IMG/VR virus record: IMGVR_UViG_3300048574_000424
Coordinates: 1 to 49,133 of that record
Strand: one strand, 5' to 3'
Source: a virus
Lineage: Duplodnaviria > Caudoviricetes
Length of the DNA: 49,133 nt
Every line of letters begins with the position of its first letter. Positions within the stretch are counted from its first letter, which is position 1. Of the stretch, positions 18,091-26,051 are shown piece after piece. The position numbers and the translations under genes were made by a program. The notes below the pieces were generated by a model, which did no database searches, was not told where the DNA came from, and saw nothing but the letters and a program-made list of their open reading frames with translations.

Positions 18091-18957
18091 TCACCATTTG
18101 TCGTCTGGGTACCCATACGACGAGAAGATTCGTTTTTGGTCTTCCGACAGGTTGGCGCATTTCAGGGGGAACGGGAGAACCTTCACCCCAGCGTCGAACC
18201 ATTGGCCGTTCGGCTTCCATACCCTGGGCTTGAGGCGCTCCGCGAACTCCGGATTGCACCGCATACCGTTGTCGCAATTGACCGCCTGGAAAAAGGCACT
18301 GGCCACGACATCGGCAAACTGCAGGCCAGCCCTGGTCCGATGGTCGAACGACTGGATTTGGTCAAAATCGATCACCGACCACTTGATCTCCTTCTTCGCC
18401 AGATACAGCGATCTGGTGTTGGATTGCATCATGAGCCGGGTAAAGTAACCCCGTAATTCATGGTATTTGAGATCCTGCCGCCGGGAGAACTCGATCCGGA
18501 GCTTGGCGCCGGATGTCCCGTCCTTCTCATTCCGGCGCTCGCAAAATTCCGTGATCCGTTCCATCAGGAGTCGGCACATCCACCAATAGAGCCATGAGCG
18601 GGTGTTGCTGATATGGGCTGCCGACGCATTTTTATACCGTCTCATGTTCTTCTTGTTGGAGATGACCGTGAAGAGCCTGACCTCGCAGTTCGCGACGCCC
18701 TCGCAGACGATTGCCTTCTGCCGATCCGTGAGAGTTCGGAAGTGAAGATCTTGCGATTGGTTGTTCTTGGCCGCGTACCTGATTTCCCGAAGCCACCTGG
18801 GAACCTCGGCCTCATTTTCCGCCCGGATCACCGCGGCGGATAGAACAAGCCATTCGGAAGCGCCCTTGCCATCAATGGGAGCGATTCTTCGCAGGCCGAA
18901 ATCACCCGATTCGTCGATATACGCAATATAGCCTGCGGAAGACATGAGGACACTCAA
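18091..18957 (-). CDS. DUF3800 family (RNase H-like fold) protein; start may be ATG 18945
   Basis: N-terminal YIDESGD and C-terminal GLQFADVVA signature; lower GC3 than its neighbours. Confidence 0.8.
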   Translation of the reverse strand: MSVLMSSAGYIAYIDESGDFGLRRIAPIDGKGASEWLVLSAAVIRAENEAEVPRWLREIRYAAKNNQSQDLHFRTLTDRQKAIVCEGVANCEVRLFTVISNKKNMRRYKNASAAHISNTRSWLYWWMCRLLMERITEFCERRNEKDGTSGAKLRIEFSRRQDLKYHELRGYFTRLMMQSNTRSLYLAKKEIKWSVIDFDQIQSFDHRTRAGLQFADVVASAFFQAVNCDNGMRCNPEFAERLKPRVWKPNGQWFDAGVKVLPFPLKCANLSEDQKRIFSSYGYPDDKW

Positions 18958-19049
18958 GGGCGGTGATGTGCGCGGCTATTCTATGAAAGGTCGATTTTTA
19001 GGGCAAGCTGTGAACCATGAGTGATTTGCTGCGGTGGCATTGTCTCGGA

Positions 19050-19302
19050 AGTATCCGGGTCCAGATGGGTCCACGTCCGGATCGAAATGCGGACCCATAA
19101 AAACGAAGTGATCTCAAAACGATAAGTGCTTTGGGTCCACTGGGGGCCATGGGTCCCAACCTCTTCAACACCTGTGGGATACAAACAAAATTTACAATCC
19201 AACGGTTGTTGGCTGCCTGATGACGATCCGTATTGATGTTGATTTCTATTTTTATTGGGAGACTTGGTGATCCCCGTTGGGACCCATGGCCCCATGGACC
19301 CA
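19050..19302. other. Putative replication origin: GGGTCC repeats and an inverted repeat around an AT-rich spacer
   Basis: Perfect 18-bp IR 19143-19160/19276-19293, extendable to ~27 bp, flanking a 115-bp A/T-rich spacer; further GGGTCCA/GGACCCA copies at 19057-19097. Confidence 0.5.
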
Positions 19303-19443
19303 CCCGAGGTTGGCGTCTTCGCAAGTATTCGCAGGGTTGCGATCTTCTTCGACCGCAACGATTTTCCCTTGAGCCTCGATTCCAGGGCCGATAGCCTCAT
19401 CCCCGACCAAAGCCGGAGGCCCACAGACTCGTGAGCCTTCATC

Positions 19444-19911
19444 ATGACCACCATTCTCGCCCTTGATCTGGGCACCACCACCGGCTGGGCCTTGCGGCTC
19501 GCCGATGGTGCCGTTGTCTCCGGGACCATGGAATTCCGGTCGGGACGATATGAAGGCGGCGGCATGCGCTTCCTTCGCTTCCGCTCCTGGCTCGACCACC
19601 TGCTGGACGGCGCCAAAGGCATCGACCTGATCCATTTTGAGGAAGTCCGCCGTCATGCCGGCACCGACGCCGCCCACCTCTATGGCGGTTTCCTGGCCCA
19701 CCTGTCCGCCTGGTGCGAACTTAAGCACATCCCCTATCAAGGTGTGCCGGTCGGCACCATCAAGCGCCACGCCACCGGCAAGGGCAATGCGGGCAAGGAT
19801 GCCGTCATCGCCGCCATGCGATCCAAAGGCTTCACCCCCGAGGACGACAACGAGGCCGACGCTCTGGCCATCCTGACCTGGGCCATCGACACCCACGGAG
19901 GTGTGCGATGA
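19444..19911 (+). CDS. RuvC-like Holliday junction resolvase
   Basis: ALDLGTTTGWA, FEEV, ATGKGNAGK, DNEADALA. Confidence 0.75.
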   Translation: MTTILALDLGTTTGWALRLADGAVVSGTMEFRSGRYEGGGMRFLRFRSWLDHLLDGAKGIDLIHFEEVRRHAGTDAAHLYGGFLAHLSAWCELKHIPYQGVPVGTIKRHATGKGNAGKDAVIAAMRSKGFTPEDDNEADALAILTWAIDTHGGVR

Positions 19912-20105
19912 GGTATTTCCCCAGGGGCTTCGGCGGCGAGCGCCGCGATGCCGAACGGGTCAAGCGTGACGGTTGGCAGGAACGCGGCGTCCTGGTCATC
20001 GCCGAGGACGACCAGCGCCTGACCTGGCCGGAGCGCGAACTGGTCCGCCAGTTGGGGGCCAAGCTCTACGGCACACGGCCGGATCGGGAGGCGTCCCATG
20101 ACTGA
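19908..20105 (+). CDS. Small hypothetical protein
   Basis: Coupled overlaps on both sides; KRDGW...G.KLYG pattern. Confidence 0.7.
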   Translation: MRYFPRGFGGERRDAERVKRDGWQERGVLVIAEDDQRLTWPERELVRQLGAKLYGTRPDREASHD

Positions 20106-20595
20106 AATCATATGGACACCGTCCCTGGTCGAGGAATGGATCTCCGAGGCCGCCGACACCCTGCATCGTCTCCCCGACGTGAAGGTGCAGGGGCATGCCA
20201 GCACATGGCCTCCCTATGTGCGGGAGTACTGGGAGTCCTATGGTGTCGCCGAGGTGAAGCTGCGCCGTCCGCCGCCCTCGGCTGCCGCCATCACTCGTAT
20301 GGACCAAGCCCTGCCCTGGCTGCGCCATCTCAATCCCGACGACGCCAGGATCGTCTGGCTGCGGGCCATCGGCGAGCCGTGGAAGGTGATCTGCTGGAAG
20401 GTCGGCATGACCCGTTCCGCCGCCCACCGGCATTGGCTGTTCGCGTTGTGCGTCATCGCCTGGACGCTCAATGGCAAGCGGATTCCACGCCACATCTCCA
20501 AGGTCGATCTGATCGCCCGGACCAGGGCAGCGCAGGAGAGCGAAGAGTGTCCCAGGACGCTTCCCAGCGCGACAGCAATGGCCGGTTTGGGGTAA
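20098..20595 (+). CDS. DUF6362-like protein, possible late-gene regulator
   Basis: EAADTL.RLP, WL..L...D..IVWLRA..PWK.IC HTH-like C-terminus; last gene before the late region. Confidence 0.7.
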   Translation: MTEIIWTPSLVEEWISEAADTLHRLPDVKVQGHASTWPPYVREYWESYGVAEVKLRRPPPSAAAITRMDQALPWLRHLNPDDARIVWLRAIGEPWKVICWKVGMTRSAAHRHWLFALCVIAWTLNGKRIPRHISKVDLIARTRAAQESEECPRTLPSATAMAGLG

Positions 20596-20752
20596 ATGTC
20601 ATTCCAGGCTCGCGAGGGGCGGCGGCGATCATCAAATGACCCGCCGCCCGCCTCGGGAGCAAGGAAAGAACAATTCGCGGGTCCTCCCTGGCCAGCAACC
20701 TATGCGGGCGGCATCAGCGCCCGATTTCGCTAGCGTCAGCCCGAAAATCTAG

Positions 20753-20918
20753 GTTTCCACTCCGGTTTCCAGTTTCCAGCCCCAAGGCGCGTTTGTCCAA
20801 CGACAGCGCGCCTTTCGCGTTTCCGGCTGAGTGGAAACCTGGGTGGAAACCGCTGCCAGAAACCTGACCCAAGTTTCCACCGGCAGGTTTCCAGTTTCCA
20901 CCTGATCCAGGTTTCCAC
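20753..20918. repeat. GTTTCCA(C) repeat array (9 copies), candidate packaging or late regulatory site
   Basis: Forward copies at 20753, 20765, 20772, 20873, 20887, 20894, 20911; reverse at 20831, 20843. Confidence 0.7.
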
Positions 20919-20922
20919 CGCC

Positions 20923-22521
20923 ATGCAGTCTGTCCATCCCGAGCCGGGTTTCCCGGCGCTCGGCTTGATGCCGCACGCCCTGGGGCTAGTTTACGGCTCG
21001 GTGTGCAGCGGGGTCGAAGCCGCGACGGCGGCCTGGGAACCCTTGGGCTGGCAACCGGCTTTCGTTGCCGAGATCGAACCGTTTCCCGCCACCGTGCTGG
21101 CCCACCATTACCCCCATGTTCCCAACCTGGGCGACATGACCGCCATCGACGGTCGGGCATGGCGGGGCAAGATCGATATGCTGGTGGGCGGCACGCCCTG
21201 CCAAGCCTTCTCGGTGGCGGGCCTGCGCAAGTCGTTGGACGACGCCCGTGGCAACCTTGCCCTCAAATTCGTGGAACTCGCCGATGCCATCGATCCAGCT
21301 TGGGTTGTTTGGGAAAACGTCCCCGGTGTCCTGTCCACCCGCGACAACGCCTTCGGATGTCTTCTGGGCGGATTGGCCGGAGAAGATGGTCCGCTCGTCC
21401 CGCCAGGGGGCAAATGGTCGGACGCTGGTGTTGTCGTTGGACCCACGCGCACAGTCGCGTGGCGGGTTCTCGACGCCCAATATTTCGGCCTGGCCCAACG
21501 CCGCCGTCGTGTGTTCGTTGTCGCAGGTGCTGGAGACCGGGCCGATCCCGTCCAAGTACTTTTTGAGCGCGAAGGCGTGCGCCGGGATCATCCGCCGCGC
21601 CGAGAAGCGGAACAAGCTGTTGCCCCCACGCTTGATGCTCGCGCTGGCCGAAGCGGCGAGACGTCATTCGCCACTAGCGGCAGGCTGATCGCCGAGGCAT
21701 TCGGCGGCAACAACACCTCCGGCCCCATCGAAATCGCCACGGCACTCAACGCCTGCGCCTCGGCCAGCGGGCGGATGGATTTCGAGACGGAAACCTTCGT
21801 CGCCACCAACGTGTCCTGTGATCTGGCCGAGACCCTGACCACCGGGGCCAACCAGATGACCGGCTTCGTCGGGGATTGCGTCGCCACCACCTTACGGGCG
21901 CGTGACCTGTCCCGTGGCGTGGACAGCGATTGCACCGACACGCTGATCGCCCACACCCTGCGGGCCAAGGCGAACCTCGCCCACCGGCCTGATATCGACA
22001 CCCTGGTCACCCATTCCCTGCGCGGCGAAGGTTTCGACGCTTCGGAAGATGGAACCGGGCGCGGCACGCCTTTGGTGCCGGTGGCCATTCCCATTCAGGA
22101 GGCCGGTGCCCGCACGGGAATCAGTACCACCGATCCCCGTGCCGGAATCGGCATCGGCGGTGACAGCGATCCCATGTTCGCGTTGCAAGCGGGCAAGCAG
22201 CACGCCGTGGCGTTCAACATGCACAAGAGCGGCAATGCCCAATCGTCGCTCGGCATCGCCGTGGATCACACCGATTGCCTGCGGGCCTTTGAGAAATCGC
22301 CCTTTGCCGTCCATTCCCCCGGCATGGCGGTACGCAGATTGACGCCAAGAGAGTGTGAACGGCTCCAGGGCTTCCCCGACGATTACACCCTGATCCCCTG
22401 GCGGCGGAAGGCAGCCGAGGACTGTCCCGATGGCCCCCGCTATCGGGCGCTGGGCAACTCAATGGCCGTCCCGGTGATGGCTTGGCTGGGCCGCCGCATC
22501 CAGGCTCAGGCCACCGGATAA
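20923..22521 (+). CDS. DNA cytosine-5 methyltransferase (start may be ATG 20968)
   Basis: Motifs I (SVCSG), IV (GTPCQ), VI (ENV), VIII (QRRRR), IX (RRLTPRECERLQGFP), X (LGNS). Confidence 0.92.
   Translation: MQSVHPEPGFPALGLMPHALGLVYGSVCSGVEAATAAWEPLGWQPAFVAEIEPFPATVLAHHYPHVPNLGDMTAIDGRAWRGKIDMLVGGTPCQAFSVAGLRKSLDDARGNLALKFVELADAIDPAWVVWENVPGVLSTRDNAFGCLLGGLAGEDGPLVPPGGKWSDAGVVVGPTRTVAWRVLDAQYFGLAQRRRRVFVVAGAGDRADPVQVLFEREGVRRDHPPRREAEQAVAPTLDARAGRSGETSFATSGRLIAEAFGGNNTSGPIEIATALNACASASGRMDFETETFVATNVSCDLAETLTTGANQMTGFVGDCVATTLRARDLSRGVDSDCTDTLIAHTLRAKANLAHRPDIDTLVTHSLRGEGFDASEDGTGRGTPLVPVAIPIQEAGARTGISTTDPRAGIGIGGDSDPMFALQAGKQHAVAFNMHKSGNAQSSLGIAVDHTDCLRAFEKSPFAVHSPGMAVRRLTPRECERLQGFPDDYTLIPWRRKAAEDCPDGPRYRALGNSMAVPVMAWLGRRIQAQATG
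21248..21688 (+). CDS. Nested +1-frame ORF inside the C5 MTase, resembling the M.EcoHK31I beta polypeptide
   Basis: 146-aa open frame with CSLSQVLET...KYFLSAKACAGIIRRA; host-frame third positions lose their GC bias here. Confidence 0.6.
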   Translation: MATLPSNSWNSPMPSIQLGLFGKTSPVSCPPATTPSDVFWADWPEKMVRSSRQGANGRTLVLSLDPRAQSRGGFSTPNISAWPNAAVVCSLSQVLETGPIPSKYFLSAKACAGIIRRAEKRNKLLPPRLMLALAEAARRHSPLAAG

Positions 22522-22526
22522 CCGAC

Positions 22527-23393
22527 ATGCCACGCAATCCCTATCGCATCGACGGCCCCGCTTTGGTGTCGTTCTCGGGCGGACGCACGTCCGGCTACAT
22601 GCTGCGCCAAATCCTGGACGCCCACGGTGGGGAATTGCCCGCCGACGTCCATGTGGTGTTTTTCAACACCGGGCGGGAATTCGAGCAGACGTTGCGCTTT
22701 GTCCACGAATGCTCGGTGCGATGGTCGGTTCCGATCACCTGGCTGGAATATGATCCCGCCGAGCCGTTCGACACCAGCGTGGTGGGTTACAACAGCGCCG
22801 CCCGCGACGGGGAACCCTTCGAGAAGATCATCAAGGCCCGGGGCTTCCTGCCCAATCCGACCATGCGGCTCTGCACCCATTACCTCAAGGTCAAGCGCGG
22901 CATCGCCTATATGCGCGATATGCGGGGCTACCCGGAATGGATCAACGTCGTCGGCCTGCGCCATGACGAACCCCGCCGGGTCGCCCGCCAGAAGGCCATG
23001 AATGAAGCGGGCAAGGAGCGGTTTGAAACCATCCTGCCGCTGGATCAGGCCAAGGTGAGCCGACAGGACGTCTCGGCCTTTTGGAAGCGCCAGCCCTTCG
23101 ATCTCGGCCTGCCCGACAACAACGGCAAGACGCCGCTGGGCAATTGCGACCTCTGCTACATGAAGGGGGCCGCGACCATCAAGGGGATCATGCGCCTGTT
23201 CCCCGAGCGGGCCAAATGGTGGATCGACATGGAGCGCAACGCCCCGGCGCTCGGTACCCTGACCAAGCCGGAGGTGGCGCTGTTTCGCGCCGACCGGCCC
23301 AGCTACCGCGAATTGCTCAATTTCGTCCGCCGCCAGCGGGATTTCGAGGGCGGCCTATCCGATGACTGCCTGCCCTGCGATTGCACGGACTGA
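22527..23393 (+). CDS. PAPS-reductase family (PP-loop) protein
   Basis: SFSGGRTS PP-loop, NTGRE, R.CT..LK, GNCDLC, C-terminal CxxCxC. Confidence 0.8.
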   Translation: MPRNPYRIDGPALVSFSGGRTSGYMLRQILDAHGGELPADVHVVFFNTGREFEQTLRFVHECSVRWSVPITWLEYDPAEPFDTSVVGYNSAARDGEPFEKIIKARGFLPNPTMRLCTHYLKVKRGIAYMRDMRGYPEWINVVGLRHDEPRRVARQKAMNEAGKERFETILPLDQAKVSRQDVSAFWKRQPFDLGLPDNNGKTPLGNCDLCYMKGAATIKGIMRLFPERAKWWIDMERNAPALGTLTKPEVALFRADRPSYRELLNFVRRQRDFEGGLSDDCLPCDCTD

Positions 23394-23395
23394 CC

Positions 23396-24664
23396 ATGAC
23401 CCATCCGTTTCCCGACACGGTCGAGCCTTGGCCCATCGACCGGCTGATCCCCTATGGCCGCAATGCGCGGACCCATTCGGACAGCCAGGTCGCCCAGATC
23501 GCCGCCAGCATGGTCGAGTTCGGCTGGACCAATCCGGTGTTGGCCGACAGCCAGGGTAACGTCATCGCCGGGCATGGCCGTCTCGCCGCCGCCAAATCCC
23601 TGGGGCTGGAGACGGTGCCGGTGGTCATTCTCGACCATCTGACCGAGGCCCAGCGCCGCGCCTACATCCTGGCCGACAATAAACTGGCCCTGAATGCCGG
23701 ATGGGATGACGAGACCCTGGCGGCGGAACTGCACGCGCTGAACGCCGAGGGTTACGACCTCGACCTGATCGGCTTCTCGGAAGAGGAACTGGACGCCCTG
23801 ATGGCTCCCCTTGATGACGAGGGCGAAGGCCAGGGCGATGGCGACGAAGACGAAATCCCCGATCCGCCCGCCGATCCGGTGACCCGGCCCGGCGATCTGT
23901 GGATCTTGGGCCGCCACCGCCTGCTGTGCGGCGACAGCACCAGCGCCACCGACGTGGAACGCCTGCTGGCCGGGGCCGTGCCGCACCTGATGGTGACCGA
24001 TCCACCGTATGGGGTGGAATACGACCCCACCTGGCGGAACGAGGCGGGGGTGTCGTCTTCGGCCCGCACCGGCAAGGTGGCCAACGACGACCGCGCCGAT
24101 TGGCGGGAAGCCTGGGCGCTGTTCCCTGGCGAGGTGGCCTATGTCTGGCACGCGGCGATCTTTGCCAAGACAGTGGCCGACAGCCTGGAAGCCAACGACT
24201 TCAAGATCCGCGCCCAGATCATCTGGTCGAAGAACCGCTTCGTGTTGGGTCGGGGTGATTATCACTGGCAGCACGAACCCTGCTGGTACGCCGTGCGCAA
24301 GAACGGCACCGGCCATTGGCAGGGGGCGCGGGATCAGGCCACAATCTGGGCCATCGGCAATAACGGTGATGAGGATGAAGCCACGGTCCATGGCACCCAA
24401 AAGCCGGTGGAATGTATGCGCCGCCCGATCTTCAACAACAGCACCGAGGGCGACGGGGTGTACGAGCCCTTCGCGGGCAGCGGCACCACGGTGATCGCCG
24501 CCGAAACCACGGGCCGCAGATGCTTTGCGATGGAATTGAACCCGGCCTATGCCGACGTGATCGTCGGCCGCTGGCAGAAGCTGACCGGGAGCAAGGCCGT
24601 GCTGGACGGCGATGGCCGGAGTTTCGAGGAAATCGCCGCCGGGAAGGCGGTCAGCGCCGGGTAA
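23396..24664 (+). CDS. ParB-like domain + N6-adenine/N4-cytosine DNA methyltransferase
   Basis: N-terminal RNARTH...AGHGR...ADNK (ParB); DPPY, HGTQKP, PFAGSGTT. Confidence 0.9.
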   Translation: MTHPFPDTVEPWPIDRLIPYGRNARTHSDSQVAQIAASMVEFGWTNPVLADSQGNVIAGHGRLAAAKSLGLETVPVVILDHLTEAQRRAYILADNKLALNAGWDDETLAAELHALNAEGYDLDLIGFSEEELDALMAPLDDEGEGQGDGDEDEIPDPPADPVTRPGDLWILGRHRLLCGDSTSATDVERLLAGAVPHLMVTDPPYGVEYDPTWRNEAGVSSSARTGKVANDDRADWREAWALFPGEVAYVWHAAIFAKTVADSLEANDFKIRAQIIWSKNRFVLGRGDYHWQHEPCWYAVRKNGTGHWQGARDQATIWAIGNNGDEDEATVHGTQKPVECMRRPIFNNSTEGDGVYEPFAGSGTTVIAAETTGRRCFAMELNPAYADVIVGRWQKLTGSKAVLDGDGRSFEEIAAGKAVSAG

Positions 24665-24860
24665 TCCGGCGAAGCGAGGTCTGGTACTTGGCGTCGGTGG
24701 GCTTCCAGTTCACCGGCTTACAGCCCAGGCGCAGGTCGCGGTTCCAGAACTCCAGCACCTGCTGGTTGGAATAGCCCTTGCCCCGAAAATACTCGAAATC
24801 GGCCTGGGACCACTGCGGATGGGCCTTCAGGGCGGCGGTGGGGCGGACGGTCAGGGCCAT
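24651..24860 (-). CDS. Small hypothetical protein
   Basis: 69 aa, starts 2 nt after the stop of the upstream DUF6900-like gene. Confidence 0.55.
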   Translation of the reverse strand: MALTVRPTAALKAHPQWSQADFEYFRGKGYSNQQVLEFWNRDLRLGCKPVNWKPTDAKYQTSLRRITRR

Positions 24861-24862
24861 GA

Positions 24863-25027
24863 TCACTTCGCCTGCTGACCCGCAGCGTAGGCCGCTTCCA
24901 GGGCCTTCTTGATCTGCCACACCACCAGTTCGCAGAAGTCCAGGCGGTCGCTCTTGCGGGTGTCCAGGGTTTCGAGATCGAGGATCTTGGTGGCGATCTC
25001 GGTCAGGGCTTGGTCTCGGGTCTGCAT
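24863..25027 (-). CDS. DUF6900-like small protein (absent from the ORF track, 54 aa)
   Basis: MQTRDQALTEIATKILDLETLDTRKSDRLDF...ALEAAYAAG; GGAGG RBS. Confidence 0.75.
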   Translation of the reverse strand: MQTRDQALTEIATKILDLETLDTRKSDRLDFCELVVWQIKKALEAAYAAGQQAK

Positions 25028-25106
25028 GGTATTGGCCTCCGCTTTGGTGAGGCCAGTAACGCTTCGTTTCGGCTGTTTATCAAGCAGATTAATCGTGCAA
25101 TTTCAA
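25028..25106 (-). promoter_or_regulatory. Promoter/leader copy 1 (similar to 26989-27066)
   Basis: TGAAATT-N6-TTAATC..TTGAT-N15-AGCG...CCTCAC..AGCGGAGG; RBS inside a hairpin. Confidence 0.55.
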
Positions 25107-25115
25107 GGTGGTATC

Positions 25116-25331
25116 GTGATACGCCAATCCCGCCGCATGTCCCTGGTCGAGGCTGCCGCCAACGTGGTGATCGGCTACGGCATCGCGGTTGCCACCCAGG
25201 TGGTAGTGTTTCCGGTCTTCGGCATTCACATCACCCTGGCCGATGATCTGCGGATTGGTCTGGTCTTCGCCGTGGTCTCGATTCTCCGGTCCTACGCTTT
25301 GCGGCGACTGTTCGAGGTTTGCCGCCGCTGA
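25116..25331 (+). CDS. Small two-TM phage membrane protein (DUF7220-like)
   Basis: QSRRMSLVEA..NV..GY...R.Y.LRRLF; GTG start. Confidence 0.7.
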   Translation: MIRQSRRMSLVEAAANVVIGYGIAVATQVVVFPVFGIHITLADDLRIGLVFAVVSILRSYALRRLFEVCRR

Positions 25332-25401
25332 TCCGGCCGACTTGGAATCGAGACGGTGGGCGGCTACTCTTTCGGCCACATTTTCCGAGGGGAAGAGCAT
25401 C

Positions 25402-25671
25402 ATGAGTAAATCCGCCCTGTCCAAGGCTATCCGCCAAGCCGCCGGTTGCAGCGTCGCCCAGGCCGATGCCGCCGTCGAAGCGGTGCTGGCCACCATCGTC
25501 GAAGGCGTCAAGACCGAGGGTCGCTTCAGCCTTATCGGTTTCGGCTCCTTTTCGAAGTCGGAACGCCCGGCTCGTCAGGGGCGCAATCCGCAGACCGGCA
25601 AGACCATCGACATCGCCGCCTCAACCTCGATCAAGTTCAGCGCCTCGGCGACACTAAAGAAGTCGCTGTAA
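25402..25671 (+). CDS. hup: HU family DNA-binding protein
   Basis: GFGSF, RPARQGRNPQTG signature; 89 aa. Confidence 0.9.
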   Translation: MSKSALSKAIRQAAGCSVAQADAAVEAVLATIVEGVKTEGRFSLIGFGSFSKSERPARQGRNPQTGKTIDIAASTSIKFSASATLKKSL

Positions 25672-25674
25672 GCC

Positions 25675-25872
25675 ATGGCCGTCAATCCCGAGCATGTGGC
25701 CCGCGCCGCGAGTGATCTGATGGATCACTATGGTCAGGCCGCTCTCGATGTGGCCAAGACGCAGGTGGACCGCGCGTCGAGGGCCGGTGACATGCCGGCC
25801 CTCGATCAAGCCCTGATGGTGCTGACCGAAATCGAGCGCCATCAGGAGGTTTCGTCCATACCGGTGACGTAG
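25675..25872 (+). CDS. Small hypothetical protein
   Basis: 65 aa immediately after HU. Confidence 0.5.
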   Translation: MAVNPEHVARAASDLMDHYGQAALDVAKTQVDRASRAGDMPALDQALMVLTEIERHQEVSSIPVT

Positions 25873-26039
25873 GCGTCGCCCTTGTTCCAGGACCCTTCGT
25901 CGAGTTCCCACTCGGTCTCGGCGCTCTCGTGCATTTTCTCGAAGGCCGCCGTCTCGGCTTGCGCGGGCGTTTCGGCCTCGACCTGGACGATTGTACTCTC
26001 GGTGACATCGCGGGTGATGATGACGCTGTAGCGGGGCAT
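25842..26039 (-). CDS. Small acidic hypothetical protein
   Basis: AAGGAG RBS; follows the DUF3489-like gene. Confidence 0.65.
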   Translation of the reverse strand: MPRYSVIITRDVTESTIVQVEAETPAQAETAAFEKMHESAETEWELDEGSWNKGDAYVTGMDETS

Positions 26040-26051
26040 TTGGCGGCTCCT

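Noticed and set aside
25085-25106. CtrA binding site in the duplicated promoter
   Set aside because: Only one TTAA half-site; TTAA-N7-TTAA spacing is not met in either copy
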